Made by a program: the position numbers and the translations under genes
Notes under the pieces: model-generated
What the model saw: the letters and a program-made list of their open reading frames with translations, nothing else
Told to the model about the DNA's origin: nothing
Databases searched by the model: none
Shown: positions 23,036-34,839 of the stretch, in pieces
Position numbering within the stretch: the stretch's first letter is position 1
How the letters are laid out: every line of letters begins with the position of its first letter
Assembly: GCF_036669915.1 (NCBI RefSeq)
Contig: NC_089320.1
Coordinates: forward strand, 15,979,874-16,043,873
Reading direction: 5' to 3'
DNA length: 64,000 nt
DNA from: Pocillopora verrucosa
Lineage: Eukaryota

Positions 23036-24002
23036 TTCAAATCTCCATCATGTGTCTATACGTAAGATAATGTTCTCTGTAACATTTTCCATGTTCGCTG
23101 AAGACAGAATTGCAGTAAACATGAATATCAGTTTTTCGTATTTATGCAAAGGTTTGATTAATTTAATTTCACACCTTTGAAATTTTCAAGAAGTGCCTTG
23201 ATCTTGCTTCCCCTTAATATCCCTTTACAAAAATATTATCTTAACTGTCGATTCATCGACAATTGAGCATTAGACATGGTAGAGGACTTTCCCGTGTTGA
23301 TATAGCCTCACCTAAACGCGAGAGGAGTTGGAAGAATTCAAGAAAGTTTAGCGAATCCAAGATCCAGTCGAGGGTTTGCATAACTTTCGAAAATTTTTGT
23401 TCATGTTGCGTATTTGGATAAGGCTAAGAACAGTCCTATAATGCTTTTATGACCTATTTCTCAAAAATGTGCACAGATTTAAACGTCACAACCATGTTAT
23501 TTTTTCTCATGTTAACCCACCAATCGACAAACGAGAGCACGCGTTCTATAATCAATACACTACAATATCTAATCTCATTACGGTAGATCGTTATCATAAA
23601 GCGAAATCATTTACTCATTTATTAAAATCTTTAAATTTGTAAACATCAAGAGCACAAAAACAAGCTATCTGTTGGTCTCCTTAGCATCCGTTCTGAGTGA
23701 TGTCACGCGAGGTGTTGCGTAACATCTTGGAAAGCGGCTGCGGAGTAAGGGCCGGTTATTTCGATGAGATCCTACCCAAACCGCAGTTTTACGAAATCAG
23801 TGGGCCTCAGGGATCCCCTATGAGAGGGTTAATTAATTAAATAAATGTCTTTCCACAATTAGCTTTCGGCCCTATTGACACTGTCCACATAAAAAATGTT
23901 CGAATAAAAGGTTCGGCTAAATTGAAGATGGCTTAGATCACGGTTTTGTTAAACAACGGTTAAACTTTGTTTAAATAACCCGCCCTAAATTTTTGTTGGA
24001 TT

Positions 24003-24180
24003 TCACTGGTAGTTCTTACTGACGTATTTCCTATAAACGTCAACACTGACTGGCGATGTCCAAAAGCGACCATTTTGTCCAGCATGAACGTATGCTGTGT
24101 ACAAAGCCTCCGACGGACGGTCTATTGTGGGCAGTCTAACTTTATGATTACAGTCCGACGCAAAAGGTTTGTGTGCTTCC
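24003..24180 (-). CDS. FIG4: FIG4 terminal exon: (W)EAHKPFASDCNHKVRLPTIDRPSEALYTAYVHAGQNGRFWTSPVSVDVYRKYVSKNYQ*; stop at 24003-24005
   Basis: tggtttag| acceptor with the correct phase. The C-terminus ..DVYRKYVSKNYQ parallels human ..SMYREYIRNRYL. A candidate poly(A) signal (plus-strand tttatt) lies near 23619. Confidence 0.75.
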
Positions 24181-24300
24181 CTAAACCAACAAAACACAAG
24201 ATGATTAGTTTATTAGTTTTCTTTCCGTCCATCGCAGTTTACATCGTAAGAAAAAAAATTTGTGAAAAATAAGTTAACCGTTCGTAAGTAAATTATTTAC

Positions 24301-24372
24301 CAATTGTAATGGATGTGTTTCACTCCAGGATTTTCCTTGTCAGGTAGTGAAGTCTTTCCAAATTGAACAAAC
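24301..24372 (-). CDS. FIG4: FIG4 exon: RFVQFGKTSLPDKENPGVKHIHYN
   Basis: ttatgcag| acceptor, TG|gtaaat donor. Matches human SRFVQLGQSQHKQDKN.. Confidence 0.75.
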
Positions 24373-24639
24373 CTGCATAAAAACAACCCTTGATTAAGAT
24401 TTTCTTATAAATATACTGATTCAGGAATCATCACGATAACATGGATTTAAAACTCAGGAAATTAACTCAAATGGAAACACAGGTCTTATTTTCGCGCTTG
24501 TTGCAGATATTTTACAATTAATTCAAATTCTCACAGGTCATTCGCTCGACGAAGGGCGATGTTAGTTTCATAAACTCTTTACGGCAGTCAATTTCCATTT
24601 TAAACTTGATAAAACCAAATTATCTGTTAACTTAAGTAC

Positions 24640-24719
24640 CTTTGGTAAGCCTCCATACTTCGATCCTTGGGTTCCTTCAGTCCAACACCATATATATCCT
24701 GCATAGATGGCAACAGCTC
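24640..24719 (-). CDS. FIG4: FIG4 exon: ELLPSMQDIYGVGLKEPKDRSMEAYQ
   Basis: ttag| acceptor, AG|gtactt donor. Matches human ..[23 protein letters not shown].. Confidence 0.7.
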
Positions 24720-25068
24720 CTAACCAGAGGAAAAAAAAATTTACTAAGTGTTAGCACAGTAATTAGGTTTCCATGAGCAGTTTGTTTAACTAGATGGTTT
24801 TCTTCTTTCTTTCCTTCTTACAGTCAATCATCACCAGCAACGAATATCTAGATTCTGTTAACCTGTCAATCAATCAATCAATCAATTAATTGAAGAAGGC
24901 ACATTTTGAAATGTCAATGCTTGCGATCAACATATTTAAGAACAAAATTTCATAAACGCTGGCGCAATTTTTTTTTATTTGATGCTCGATGTTCAGTGTA
25001 TTCTGGGATCCAAAAGCCTGCACAAATTTTTCAAAGTGTGAACGCCTTGTAAAATCTCTGTAGCACAC

Positions 25069-25228
25069 CTGAAAAGAGACAACACAAGTGCTTGTGCTGT
25101 TAATCCTCTCCAGAAGAGATATGGCTGAACTGTCATCATCTGAGCTGGAGCCGTCATCGGAGCTGTCTTCCACACTGAGCGGTTCAGGAGCAGCACCAAC
25201 CGCTCTACGAGTCGGGACAGGGCGTCGG
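25069..25228 (-). CDS. FIG4: FIG4 exon: RRPVPTRRAVGAAPEPLSVEDSSDDGSSSDDDSSAISLLERINSTSTCVVSFQ
   Basis: cttatcatag| acceptor, CAG|gtgtgc donor. Corresponds to the acidic Ser-rich stretch of FIG4 (..[20 protein letters not shown]..). Confidence 0.65.
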
Positions 25229-25589
25229 CTATGATAAGGAAATCAATTTTTTTCATCTTCACAGTTATCATCACCATTACTAACAACGTGGTTTTAGGAG
25301 GAAGTGAAAATGTCATGTAAATAATTACACTTTTTACTTGGCTCGGATGATGACATCCACTTAGGGTATTGAGACTTCCCTCACTACTCAGACAACAGTC
25401 CTTCCAGGACTATTCTGACATTGACAATTGAAACTCCACTGAAATCATCGGAGATGTTACTTAAACTGTTCACTGCACAATAATTACATAATGGCTTAAG
25501 TTTGTAGCCTCCATTTTGGTAAACGGCCTAAAGCATTTTAGTTGAGTGTCAGAGAACCAAAACCAAAAGAATCAAAATGGCAAATCAGA

Positions 25590-25770
25590 ACCAGGAGAAA
25601 AATCACACGGAGCCAAATAAAACTCAAAGTAAAACAAGTAAACTGTTGGAAGCGCGGGAAAACGCGAGTAACCAACCTGTAATTGGTTTAGCTATGCATC
25701 TGATTGGTTGGATAGAAAGCGCAACTTTTTCTGGATCAATCACAGAGTAGGGAGCAGTTAAGTCCAAGTA
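25590..25770 (+). repeat. Dispersed repeat family X, copy A: core AAGCGCGGGAAAACGCGAGTAACCAACCTGTAATTGGTTTAGCTATGCATCTGATTGGTTGG (E2F-like GCGGGAAAA plus two CCAAT boxes, written ATTGG)
   Basis: Core at 25649-25721. Aligns with copy C at 48399-48472 and, as reverse complement, with copy B at 27632-27693. Confidence 0.75.
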
Positions 25771-26396
25771 TTTATTATACTTTATTTATATTTTCTCTAT
25801 TTATTTTATTCGCATTACTTTCGACATTAGATTCAATATCACTCTGAGAATTAAAACAAATTGGATGTCCGTCGAGTACTTACCCAGGTGACTTTGCAGG
25901 AGCTCTAACTACAAAGGGACTATGATTGTGAGCAGTTGGTGGCATGAAATCCCTGAAAATAAAAACAGCTCTTATTTTTGATATTGTCCATTATACATTC
26001 ACCGTTAATTTCCGATAAACTTTTTCTCAGGTTAAATATCAGGACAAGATCTAGCTTCCAAGAAGAACGACGAAGATACGCGAACACCATTCAGTATATA
26101 TTCAACCAAAGTCCAATCGAACAAAAATCTTTGTGAGGTTCCCTCTTGCTATCCCCGGAGCTCGTTACACTGCGCATTGTAGAACACAGACACACACCAA
26201 AGACCCAGTCAATTCCTTCCAAAGAGTCTCCCGAAGTTGGCGACAAATCAAGGTAATAACTAGACTTCAGGAAAAGAAGAGGCTGTAAACAATACACATA
26301 AGAATAAATTTTCCTTATTCTCAAAACCTGTTTACTTGAGATTGAACTGACACACTAATGAGATACCATACTTTGATCGCTTACCTACAAGACTTC

Positions 26397-26549
26397 TGCA
26401 TACGATGAGGATACACTGTCTCAAGGACGGTCAAGTTATCCGGGTGATAATACTCTGAAAACATATCTACCGATTCATGATCTGCATAGTCTGAGCACTG
26501 CCAGGGGTCTTCCCTTTGTTCCTTGTTTCCTGCGTCGTCCAGTGGCGTT
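26397..26549 (-). CDS. FIG4: FIG4 C-terminal-region exon, approximate: ..EDPWQCSDYADHESVDMFSEYYHPDNLTVLETVYPHRMQKS..
   Basis: Flanked by attttgcag| and AG|gtaagc. Same strand and open frame. Loose similarity to human ..HNEFFRPYELSSFDD.. Confidence 0.45.
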
Positions 26550-27282
26550 TCTGCAAAATTGTTATTATAGATTTAACAATGACGTCGCAAAAGTTCAAGG
26601 GCGAAGTCGCGCGCAAGTGGAAAAAACCAACTCGTGTGCGGTAGATTCCGCGTACTGTGGCGTCCCAATTTCATCTCTAGTTGTATTATTGTCCTTCGCC
26701 ATGATTCTTTGGGGTGTCACGCAGCACTGCGTTACATCCCAACGCGCGAGTGACAAGAAGACGACAGTTTTCTTTTGCAAATCTTCGACTATATTTGCGC
26801 ATCAAATAATTCAGCTTATTTTCTTCAATGATAATTAAAAGAAACCCGTACGTGTACATAACAGAGTCGTTTGACACTATCTCGCAGTTGTACCAAGGAA
26901 GTTATGAAATAGCATGATACCGCCCTCTTGAATCACTGTGAGGAAAAGTTCCAATGAATTCAAATCAAGGAATGGAAAGGTTGAGATTAAAACATGGTAG
27001 TATTTAACTTGACTAATATAATACATTTAATGTCTCACTGTAGTACGATAAAAGTATACAAACCATCAGGGGTGGGGTGGGGCAAAGAGTTGACCACAGC
27101 CTGATCCCACCACTTGGTATAACTGCAGAGACGAAAACGCGAAGAAAAAAAACAACAACAAAATTAACAGAACGCAAAGCAACGAAACAAAAAAGGCAAA
27201 ACAAAACAAAACAGATGAGCAAAAACAACGCTATTATTTTGATCTAACGACTCTTAATCAGAAAATCAGAATACGCTTTAAG

Positions 27283-27436
27283 CTCTATCACCTTTTTCTG
27301 TTCTTGGACGCTCTCAAGTCCCATGTTGTGTTGTGGTGCAAATAATAATCACTAGGCAGTTCCCAAATTTTGTGTTTTTCCTGTCGCGGTGAAAATATCC
27401 CAAGGAACAGATTCATGGCTTGTTGCTTGTCAGCAT
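27283..27436 (-). CDS. FIG4: FIG4 exon: DADKQQAMNLFLGIFSPRQEKHKIWELPSDYYLHHNTTWDL..; the low-coordinate end is uncertain
   Basis: Matches human DADRQDSINLFLGVFHP..LWELPTDFYLHH. ctttgcag| acceptor. The donor was not fixed; candidate AAAAAG|gtgata near 27283. Confidence 0.75.
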
Positions 27437-27589
27437 CTGCAAAGGGCCAGCAAAGAGACAAATAGAAAATAATGCGCTGATGTTATTAAAAAAAACAAGC
27501 AGAGGGTTGTGGGTAGGGGGAGGGCACAGCTGAAATTTCGAAGAAACGCCATATTGGTAAAAGGGCCATTTTGTTGCATTAGTCTACTT

Positions 27590-27720
27590 GAACTACACGC
27601 TGTAATTGCTTCAGAAATTTGTACAATTTTCTCGACCAATCAGATACAAAACAAAACCAATGACGACTGGGTCACTCGCGTTTTCCCGCGCTTCAAGCAG
27701 TTTAATATATACATTTAGCC
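27590..27720 (-). repeat. Repeat family X, copy B, reverse orientation
   Basis: The rc reads GAAGCGCGGGAAAACGCGAGTGACCCAGTCGTCATTGGTTTTGTTTTGTATCTGATTGGTCGAG. Confidence 0.75.
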
Positions 27721-27774
27721 AAGCCTAAAATCGGAGCTCGCATTTTTTTTTTCCCGCACGTCTCAAGGGCACAA

Positions 27775-27860
27775 CGCCTTCCCCCGGCCAGGACTAGAAC
27801 CCGGGTCGTCTGACTCGGAGCCCAGTGCACTGACCACTGGACTACTGAACAATGCCGTGG
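27775..27860 (-). repeat. tRNA-derived SINE-like fragment with A-box-like TAGTCCAGTGG and B-box-like GGGTTCTAGTCC
   Basis: The minus strand reads ..GTTCAGTAGTCCAGTGGTCAGTGCACTGGGCTCCGAGTCAGACGACCCGGGTTCTAGTCCTGGCCGGGGG.. The acceptor stem does not pair, so this is not a functional tRNA. Confidence 0.4.
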
Positions 27861-28155
27861 CGTTGGCATACCCGCTGTACAGTTGACCACGCATGTTAAA
27901 AGTAGCACCTTGTAGGGTCGTACATCCAAATTTTTTTGGCTTCATGGGTTACTGCTATCTTGTATAATTATGGGGCTACGTTCTGCGAGCTCCGCTATAA
28001 TTTGAATCCCATTCCCTTCCAGTAATAAATCCTTTCCTTTAATTGGCCGTTGTGATTACTCAAACGAAACGCGCTCCATGAAGAGACCCATGCTAAGATG
28101 ACAGGGAAAAAAATATAGCGATAAACAACTTGGATGCAAATTAGAGTTCTCTTAC

Positions 28156-28247
28156 CCGTGAATGCGTTGCTGTAATAGCGAGATACTGTCTGCATTATAT
28201 CCCTTGAGTGAGAAGTGAACGGCGACACCTTACGATACGTGCGAATT
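28156..28247 (-). CDS. FIG4: FIG4 exon: (G)[31 protein letters not shown]
   Basis: Matches human [32 protein letters not shown]. tcttctcag| acceptor, G|gtaaga donor. Confidence 0.9.
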
Positions 28248-28414
28248 CTGAGAAGACAAGGACCGTGGGATAAGGAAAAACACATCGCTAAATGGAGAGA
28301 ATTCAGGTACCAATTGCAGCGTCAATCTCACTATATTTATTGGTCTACTGGATTGACGTGCATTGCTATCAATGGTGTATACGATTTCTCTTGCTCATAT
28401 TACAAATGCCTCAC

Positions 28415-28489
28415 CCGTGCACAAGCTGGGATCCTCCATACTGTAAAGCAAGAGTATCGCCATGAGCTTCGTAAAGATCTTCCAAAATC
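28415..28489 (-). CDS. FIG4: FIG4 exon: [24 protein letters not shown]
   Basis: Matches human [24 protein letters not shown]. tttttcag| acceptor, GG|gtgagg donor. Confidence 0.9.
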
Positions 28490-28954
28490 CTGAAAAAACA
28501 AGGCAAAATACTTCAATACAACGGTTACAAATAGTTTACATTTCAGGACCAGAGTGGCCTGCCGAACAGGCCTATTCAAGATAATTTTAGAGAGATAAAA
28601 CAACTATGAACAATTATAGTAAAACTTCCTTTGATAGGTCACTCGTCGACCAAGTAGAAAGCAATTCTTGGACCCTCTGTTAATTTGATAGTATACCTCA
28701 TTATACTCCTGGCCCCGGTTGATCGGTTGGTCGGTTAACGCTATCCACAGGATAAATCTCTATCCTGTGTATAACGCTATACGTTTTGCTATCACTTATC
28801 CGCTGGATGGCGATTTATCCGTTGGGTAGCTTTATCCACCTTTTATACAACTGGGCCCTGGATGGAGGGGGAGGGGGGACTAAGAAGGGTTCGGTGTATT
28901 GCCCAAAAACAAGCGTGCTAAGAATTGAGCCAGCACGTTTTCCTCAACAAGTAC

Positions 28955-29166
28955 TTAACCCTCTAACTCCCAAGATCTCATTAGCAATTCTCCTAACTGT
29001 CTACCATGCAGTTCTTGTGATGTTAGTTTGGAGAATTTGATATTGGATCAACTTATAATCTCCTAACTGATATTTTTCTTTATTCCCATCACTTGTCTAC
29101 TTGATATTGTATTGATATCGTTAAGAGAAATTCTGTCTTGATCACTTATGGGAGTTAAAGGGTGAA
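28955..29166. mobile_element. MITE (TTAA-flanked; TIR TTAACCCTTTAACTCCCAAGATC...GATCTTGGGAGTTAAAGGGTTAA), copy 1, in a FIG4 intron
   Basis: Terminal inverted repeats read directly. Shares its internal sequence with copies 2-4. Confidence 0.8.
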
Positions 29167-29235
29167 ATAAGCAGTAATTTCAGAGTGTATTTTATTCCAC
29201 AGTGCTTTAAACAAGGCGGAAATGATCAAACATAC

Positions 29236-29294
29236 CTCACAGCATCGGAGTCAAACTGAAGAAACGGTTTGTCAATCACTCCTAACGCATGCAA
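29236..29294 (-). CDS. FIG4: FIG4 exon: LHALGVIDKPFLQFDSDAVR
   Basis: Matches human [20 protein letters not shown]. tttccag| acceptor, AG|gtatgt donor. Confidence 0.9.
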
Positions 29295-29702
29295 CTGGAA
29301 AGAAAAGCAGCGGATATTATAGCGTATAGTAACCGTGTGATAGCAGGTAATCTTAGCTACAGGGATGTAGGCTGTTAATCAAGATCTAAATACAAATTAT
29401 TGGGTCCCTAGAGCTCAGTGTACTCATTAAAATCTAACAATCTGTGACTGACGAATTAACGATCACTACCGACAACATCAACTCATTCCCCGACACATTA
29501 ACGACGCGTTCACAGACACACTGCCAAATGCGCCTCTAAACACAGTGTGTCCGTGAACGTGTGAACATTTTGCAGAGAAATTACGTAAACGCTTTGTCAA
29601 CGTTTTAGTGGTGTATCTGTGAACGTGGTAGCAGTTTGTAGGTGAACACCGCCCACACACTGTTTCAACTTTTGAAATTTCATCACAATATAATATACTC
29701 AC

Positions 29703-29816
29703 CTGAAAACCAAGAGCACATTTACCGACCATAAACTGTGCAGTGTTTGTTCTGTCCAGACAATCTACGCAGTTTGTCCGGAGTACACCATTCTTAGGAT
29801 GAGAAAAAAAATCACG
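29703..29816 (-). CDS. FIG4: FIG4 exon: [38 protein letters not shown]
   Basis: RTNC(M/V)DCLDRTN is the Sac-domain catalytic CX5R(T/S) motif. cttacag| acceptor, CAG|gtgagt donor. Confidence 0.95.
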
Positions 29817-30894
29817 CTGTAAGCAGACTTTGGTGACATGATATTTTGGCATTTAAAAAAAGGAAACTGTACATTGTCATTTCTTAGTTTATCATGACGT
29901 GCAAACGTAAGTACGCTTTAGCTTGAGATAGATTAGAAAATTTGTATCCCAAGTGACGTTTTCAAGACAATGTAAACTGCAAGTAACACTACTAGAAACA
30001 ATAACAAAACAGGGTGCACACTGGCAACTAATTAATAGAATATATCCAAAGAGTTGAACTAAAGAAAAATGAGACTAAATTCATTTATCGACAAGATGAA
30101 CTAATCACAAAGGCAATAATGCACAAAAGTACAATGTGGATGTTATTGGGAGGAAAGAAGCCAACTGCCTTAAAGTAACACTTTGGTCTCTAAGAGTTAC
30201 TAGCATCTAATTTCTCTTTACAATATCACCCCTGAATCATGCTCACATTAAGGTCACGAGAATAAAGGAAATGATCAGTTCTGGATTGTTAAACATATGT
30301 TCTACTCGCCAGCACCATAGGAAATTTCGTGAGAAAATTACTAAGAAAAATGGCTACTGATGTTAGTGTGTAAACGGTTAGGATTGGTTTAATGATGCAT
30401 TTGATTTGTTGAAAAGCTTGTGCAAATGTTCCAGTACAAAAACGAAGAAGATTTCGGCAAAGCCAATGGATCCGAAGTTCTTATTTCTTACGACGATCTT
30501 GAAAACTGCTATATGTTTTGGAAGCGGAATAAAACTGAGTAAATGAGCTTAGACAAGAATACTGAAAAAAAAAGTCTGATCAAGGTTTGGGTAATTTTTG
30601 GATATGTAAAATTCAACTCTGTAAGAAGCACGCACAATGAGTAACGTAATTAAACAAGTAATACCAACACTAATTATAGATAGCCAAAGCAAATGACAAT
30701 TATAAACTATACCTGTTCCCTTCCCAGACAATCGTCAGAGTATCCAGTGCCACACATACCGTTAAACCTAGAACAAAGTACTGTCATCTTCAAAAATTTC
30801 CACAAAAGGAACGTTTAAACTGAAGCTTTGACTCTTTGACCTAAGATAGAATACTTTGGGCATGTGGCTATTCTGAAAAATCTTAAAAGTGGGC

Positions 30895-31075
30895 CAGGGT
30901 CTGTCCGTCTATCTGTACGTCTGCTGGCCTGCTTATCTATCTGTCTGTTTGTCTGTTTATCTATCTAACCGTCTGTCGGTCTGTTTGTCTGTTTATCTAT
31001 CTATCTATCTATCTATCTATCTGTCTTTCTGTCTGTCTGTCTGTCTATCTGTCTATCTATCTGTCTGTCTGTCTA
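30895..31075. repeat. (TCTR)n tetranucleotide microsatellite (TCTG/TCTA/TCTT), in a FIG4 intron
   Basis: Direct observation. An (ATT)8 tract lies at 31437-31460, a (T)25 tract at about 6657-6683, and a (TA)9 tract at 34355-34372. Confidence 0.95.
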
Positions 31076-32011
31076 GAAGACTCATACCTTGAATCTTTTC
31101 TTATCTGATTGCAATACAATTCCTGTCCACTGTGGAAAAAGCCAGTGGATTTGAAAACCTGAAACAGTTTTACTCATAGTTAGGAAGAACAAAAGGAGGC
31201 ATTTAACGTTATCACTCATTCAGTCAGAATTCAAATAGAACATACAATTGATGAATAAGGCATTAATAATAAACTGTAGCGGAGGAGAGGAAAACGCATA
31301 CAGACTGAAATACAGTCAAAGGAATGGAGTGGAAAAGATATGGTTGGTTATTTAACTTAATAGCCTTAAGTGGCCTCTCGCGCGAGGAGGCATGATGACA
31401 AGTCAACCACTAAACTTAAGAAGTCAATAGTGCTTTATTATTATTATTATTATTATTTTAACACAAACCTCATCAGCTATGACAGTCAATTTCTCCATGA
31501 CATTACAGTCTTTACTGTAAAAGAAAAACACAGCAATTATTTGATTCAGCAACTTGATAAGCTCAAATTTAGCAGAAATGAGTAGGCATGTAGTAATCAC
31601 ACAAGGTGCAACAATATTGTGACTTGTCGGGTATTTTTGGTGGTATCTGTGACTTGGGGTTGCTAAAAGTTACTGCGAGAGACTGAAAAAACATAACTTT
31701 AACAACAACATCCACAACATCTTTACGGTCCACAAGCTCTTTGCGGTGGCCATTTTACGTTATCAACCCACTTGATACTATCAAATTACCCTGTTATACT
31801 CTCCACCGACGCGTCACCTCAGTTTCTTGAGAAACTTAACTCCTTTATTTTTAAGTAAATTCAATGTTTATAGCAGAGGTACAGTACGGCCAACATACAT
31901 ACAGACTATACACTAGACAGCGACTCTTAATCGAGAGACAAACGAGTAAACATTTGTCCATCATTATCACCAAACACACATTTTACAACAAAACTCCCTC
32001 CTTGAACCAAC

Positions 32012-32145
32012 CTCTTATTGTATCGCGCCATGTCCCACGCTTTATATATTATGGCATGTTGTAATGGCAAAAACTGGTTCAAATACGTCACTGCTCTTTC
32101 CAATTCCTCACTGAGAATCTGTTCGTGTCGCTTCCTTTCCCTCTT
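32012..32145 (-). CDS. FIG4: FIG4 exon: [44 protein letters not shown]
   Basis: Matches human [45 protein letters not shown]. ttttatag| acceptor, AG|gttggt donor. Confidence 0.9.
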
Positions 32146-33032
32146 CTATAAAATAAGAAGTATACATAGGTTATATGTTGGAAAGAGACCTCTAACAGTT
32201 CACGAACAAGAGAAAAACGGATGCTTATTTGATATGAATTGCTTTTTCGGGAAAATCGAAAGCTCGTAAAATCAGGGATTTAAGTATAGCGTCCTTTACA
32301 TATAGGTATTTTGCGGACTTTCCAACACTATTTACTCTTGCTCGGGAAAGGGTGCTTCTTGCAATGTGGGTGCTTTTTCGAGGAAATGCAGTTACGTGTT
32401 GTGCAGACTTTCCAACACTTAAGACGTAGAAAGTATATAACCCACCTTTACAAGATTAAGAATGACCACAGGAGAACCAAACCGTCTAAGAAGTTGGTTA
32501 AAATGTTGCCCAGCGGCCGAGCAGAATGGATCTGCACGATCAACTTAAAATAAAACAGCACACATTATGTTAGACAAGTGAAACTCTAATCCCGAATATA
32601 ACTGAACAATGAAAAAGAACAATCATCACAAATCACAACTGCTTGAACACAGACATGAAGCATGCACGGTTTCATATAACTCATTCAAACGGTCAGTTAC
32701 AATGAGGCTTTAAGGTCTTACAACCCTTCCACTCTATGGTCACTCATGGGGGTTAAAGAGCTAGCAAACTGCACAACTTCTAATTGGCTTTCTATCACAG
32801 ACCTTTTGAACCATAAACCAACATTTTTCCTACAAATACAAAATCAACATAGCGATGATTTTTGAACAAAGTATCTCTCAAAAACAGCAGGATCAACATC
32901 ATAGAGCAATTGCAAAAAGACCCAAATCTTACTGTGATTTTCACCAGAATCACTGACAACTAATTTAGATAATTACTACACAAGTACTGTGTACAAGTGA
33001 AAATAAAGGTCATGTACTTGATTGTTACCCAC

Positions 33033-33072
33033 CTATTATTTGTGGCTTAGGCACCATTACTTGTCTTACATC
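33033..33072 (-). CDS. FIG4: FIG4 micro-exon: DVRQVMVPKPQII
   Basis: ttttcag| acceptor, G|gtgggt donor. Matches human ..MMPKPPITL. Confidence 0.7.
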
Positions 33073-33128
33073 CTGAAAAAATAAATTCTCTCTCAATTAG
33101 AGAAGATGTTCAACAGACATGGTCAATC

Positions 33129-33340
33129 TTGACCCTTTCACTCCCAAGATCTCATCAGCAGTTCTCCTTGGTATCTGCCATACATTTCTTATAATGTTAG
33201 TTCAGAGAATTTGAAATTGGATCCACTTATAATCCTCTAATTGATATTTTTCTTCATATGAATCACTCGTCTGGTTGATATTGTATTAACATTGTTAGGA
33301 GAAATTCTCTTTTGATCAATTGTGGGAATTTAAGGGTTAA
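33129..33340. mobile_element. MITE copy 2, filling 212 nt of the 351-nt FIG4 intron 33073-33423
   Basis: ttgaccctttcactcccaagatc...gtgggaatttaagggttaa. Internal similarity to copy 1 (..tctcatcagca.ttctcc..gatattttct..gttgatattgtatt..). Confidence 0.8.
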
Positions 33341-33423
33341 ATGGCACAAAAAAGATCATTTGAAATGGCCCAAAAATTAGGAACAAGAGTTGAATGGTGG
33401 TGAAGCAAAATATATCATTGTAC

Positions 33424-33549
33424 CTGTGACCAAAAAGATGGAACGGATCCTCTGAGCTGAACATAAGATGTAAATCTTCCACTCTTGAATGACAAAACAG
33501 AGGCATCGTGAACAATTTGTTCTGTTTCAACCTCATTGGCTACATTTCC
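33424..33549 (-). CDS. FIG4: FIG4 exon: [42 protein letters not shown]
   Basis: Contains the Sac catalytic-region motif RGS(V/I)P(L/S)FWSQ. ttttag| acceptor, CAG|gtacaa donor. Confidence 0.9.
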
Positions 33550-33931
33550 CTAAAAGAACAAAAAAAAAACAATCAACTGTAAATCTTGAGGGCTGTGAGG
33601 GTGAAGTCTCAATTTTTTATGAGATAAATTTCATTTAAACTGTGGATTGAAAAAAATCTGACCAGGAAAGTAATGCTCCTCGCAGGTGAGCTGAAATTTA
33701 ATAAGTAATTGTAGAATAGAAGCCTGAAAACTTTAGGATTTGATGAGAAGTAATAATGCCAAGGGTCTTGCCCAGGAACACAATGCAACCACCCTGACCA
33801 GCCCTAAGCATGGAACTTTTTGAGTCAACCATATCAGCAATAGGACCACTACTTCCCTTGACTCCATTAACAAAAATCTTTCTAAAATAGTGAGAAGGTG
33901 TTCAAGCATTGAACAGTTTTTTGGTACCAAC

Positions 33932-34032
33932 CTCATCATTAGCTCCTCTCTTTAAAAACCTAGTTCCAGCAAATTCTTTTGACCTTCGAGCAATCAGTGT
34001 AACATATATGGGCCGACCATACACACAAATAT
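33932..34032 (-). CDS. FIG4: FIG4 exon: (D)[33 protein letters not shown]
   Basis: Contains the Sac core [17 protein letters not shown]. acttcag| acceptor, GAG|gttggt donor. Phase links the upstream and downstream exons. Confidence 0.85.
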
Positions 34033-34839
34033 CTGAAGTATTATGTATCACAAGTTAAAGGTGCATCAACAGATTTTGTAGTTTTTCACTCATATTTATG
34101 TTTCTAACAGCAATACATCAATTTTGTTGTTGAAATGATGGACAGGGCAAACCACACTGAAAACATCATCAAACAAAAGAGATATTTCCTGACTCACTTG
34201 AGCTGATCCTTTCCAAATTTAGAACATTAGCTTACTTCTTTAACATACCCTTCCTTTTGGCCCAATGTAAGAATACAACATTTTTTTAAAAAAAAACTAC
34301 ATCTGAGTTAATTTTATGCCATCCAACATAACTTTATCACACTGAGTGTATATATATATATATATATGTATATTTTCCTGTTTTTTAAACAATGTTTGGA
34401 TTTCACCTGAAGATTTTCGGTAGTTGTTGGTGTTTGAGACAGCAGGGTTGTGGCAACAAAAACACTAAATACCTAAGCTGTCAAGATCAAGGCTTTGTCA
34501 GGGTCTTAAAGTTAGCAAACTTTTTAAAGGTTTTTTCACTTTCTCTAATTTGGACAACTGATCAAAGACTAATGATTTGATCTACAAGCCTAAAGTTTAA
34601 AAAGATAAAATCCCTTACCCAGGCCAAATCTGCTATCTTTAAAGCCTATTCACCTTACTCTTACATTCTTCCAGCAGCTCTAACTGCAAGAGTAGAAGAC
34701 ATTTTGTGTTCAAACTGTGGATGAAAAGCTCGCTAATATGCTGTTCCTTCCTTCATGTGTACATCTGATTCAATAATTATCTTCAATATCTGAACATCTG
34801 ATATTTCTCCAAAATTATTGATAATAAATGAAAGGATAC

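Noticed and set aside
27013-27228. Hydrophobic 71-aa minus-strand ORF that could have been a FIG4 or other transmembrane exon.
   Set aside because: It derives from poly-pyrimidine / (GTTTT)n-like low-complexity DNA. There are no supporting splice sites or homology, and FIG4 has no transmembrane domain.
33740-33880. Putative FIG4 exon (KIFVNGVKGSSGPIADMVDSK.. / ORF 33733-33939) with a ttttag acceptor.
   Set aside because: The true Sac-core exon (..[17 protein letters not shown]..) was found at 33932-34032 and its phase joins 33424-33549 directly. The 33740-33880 segment is intronic.
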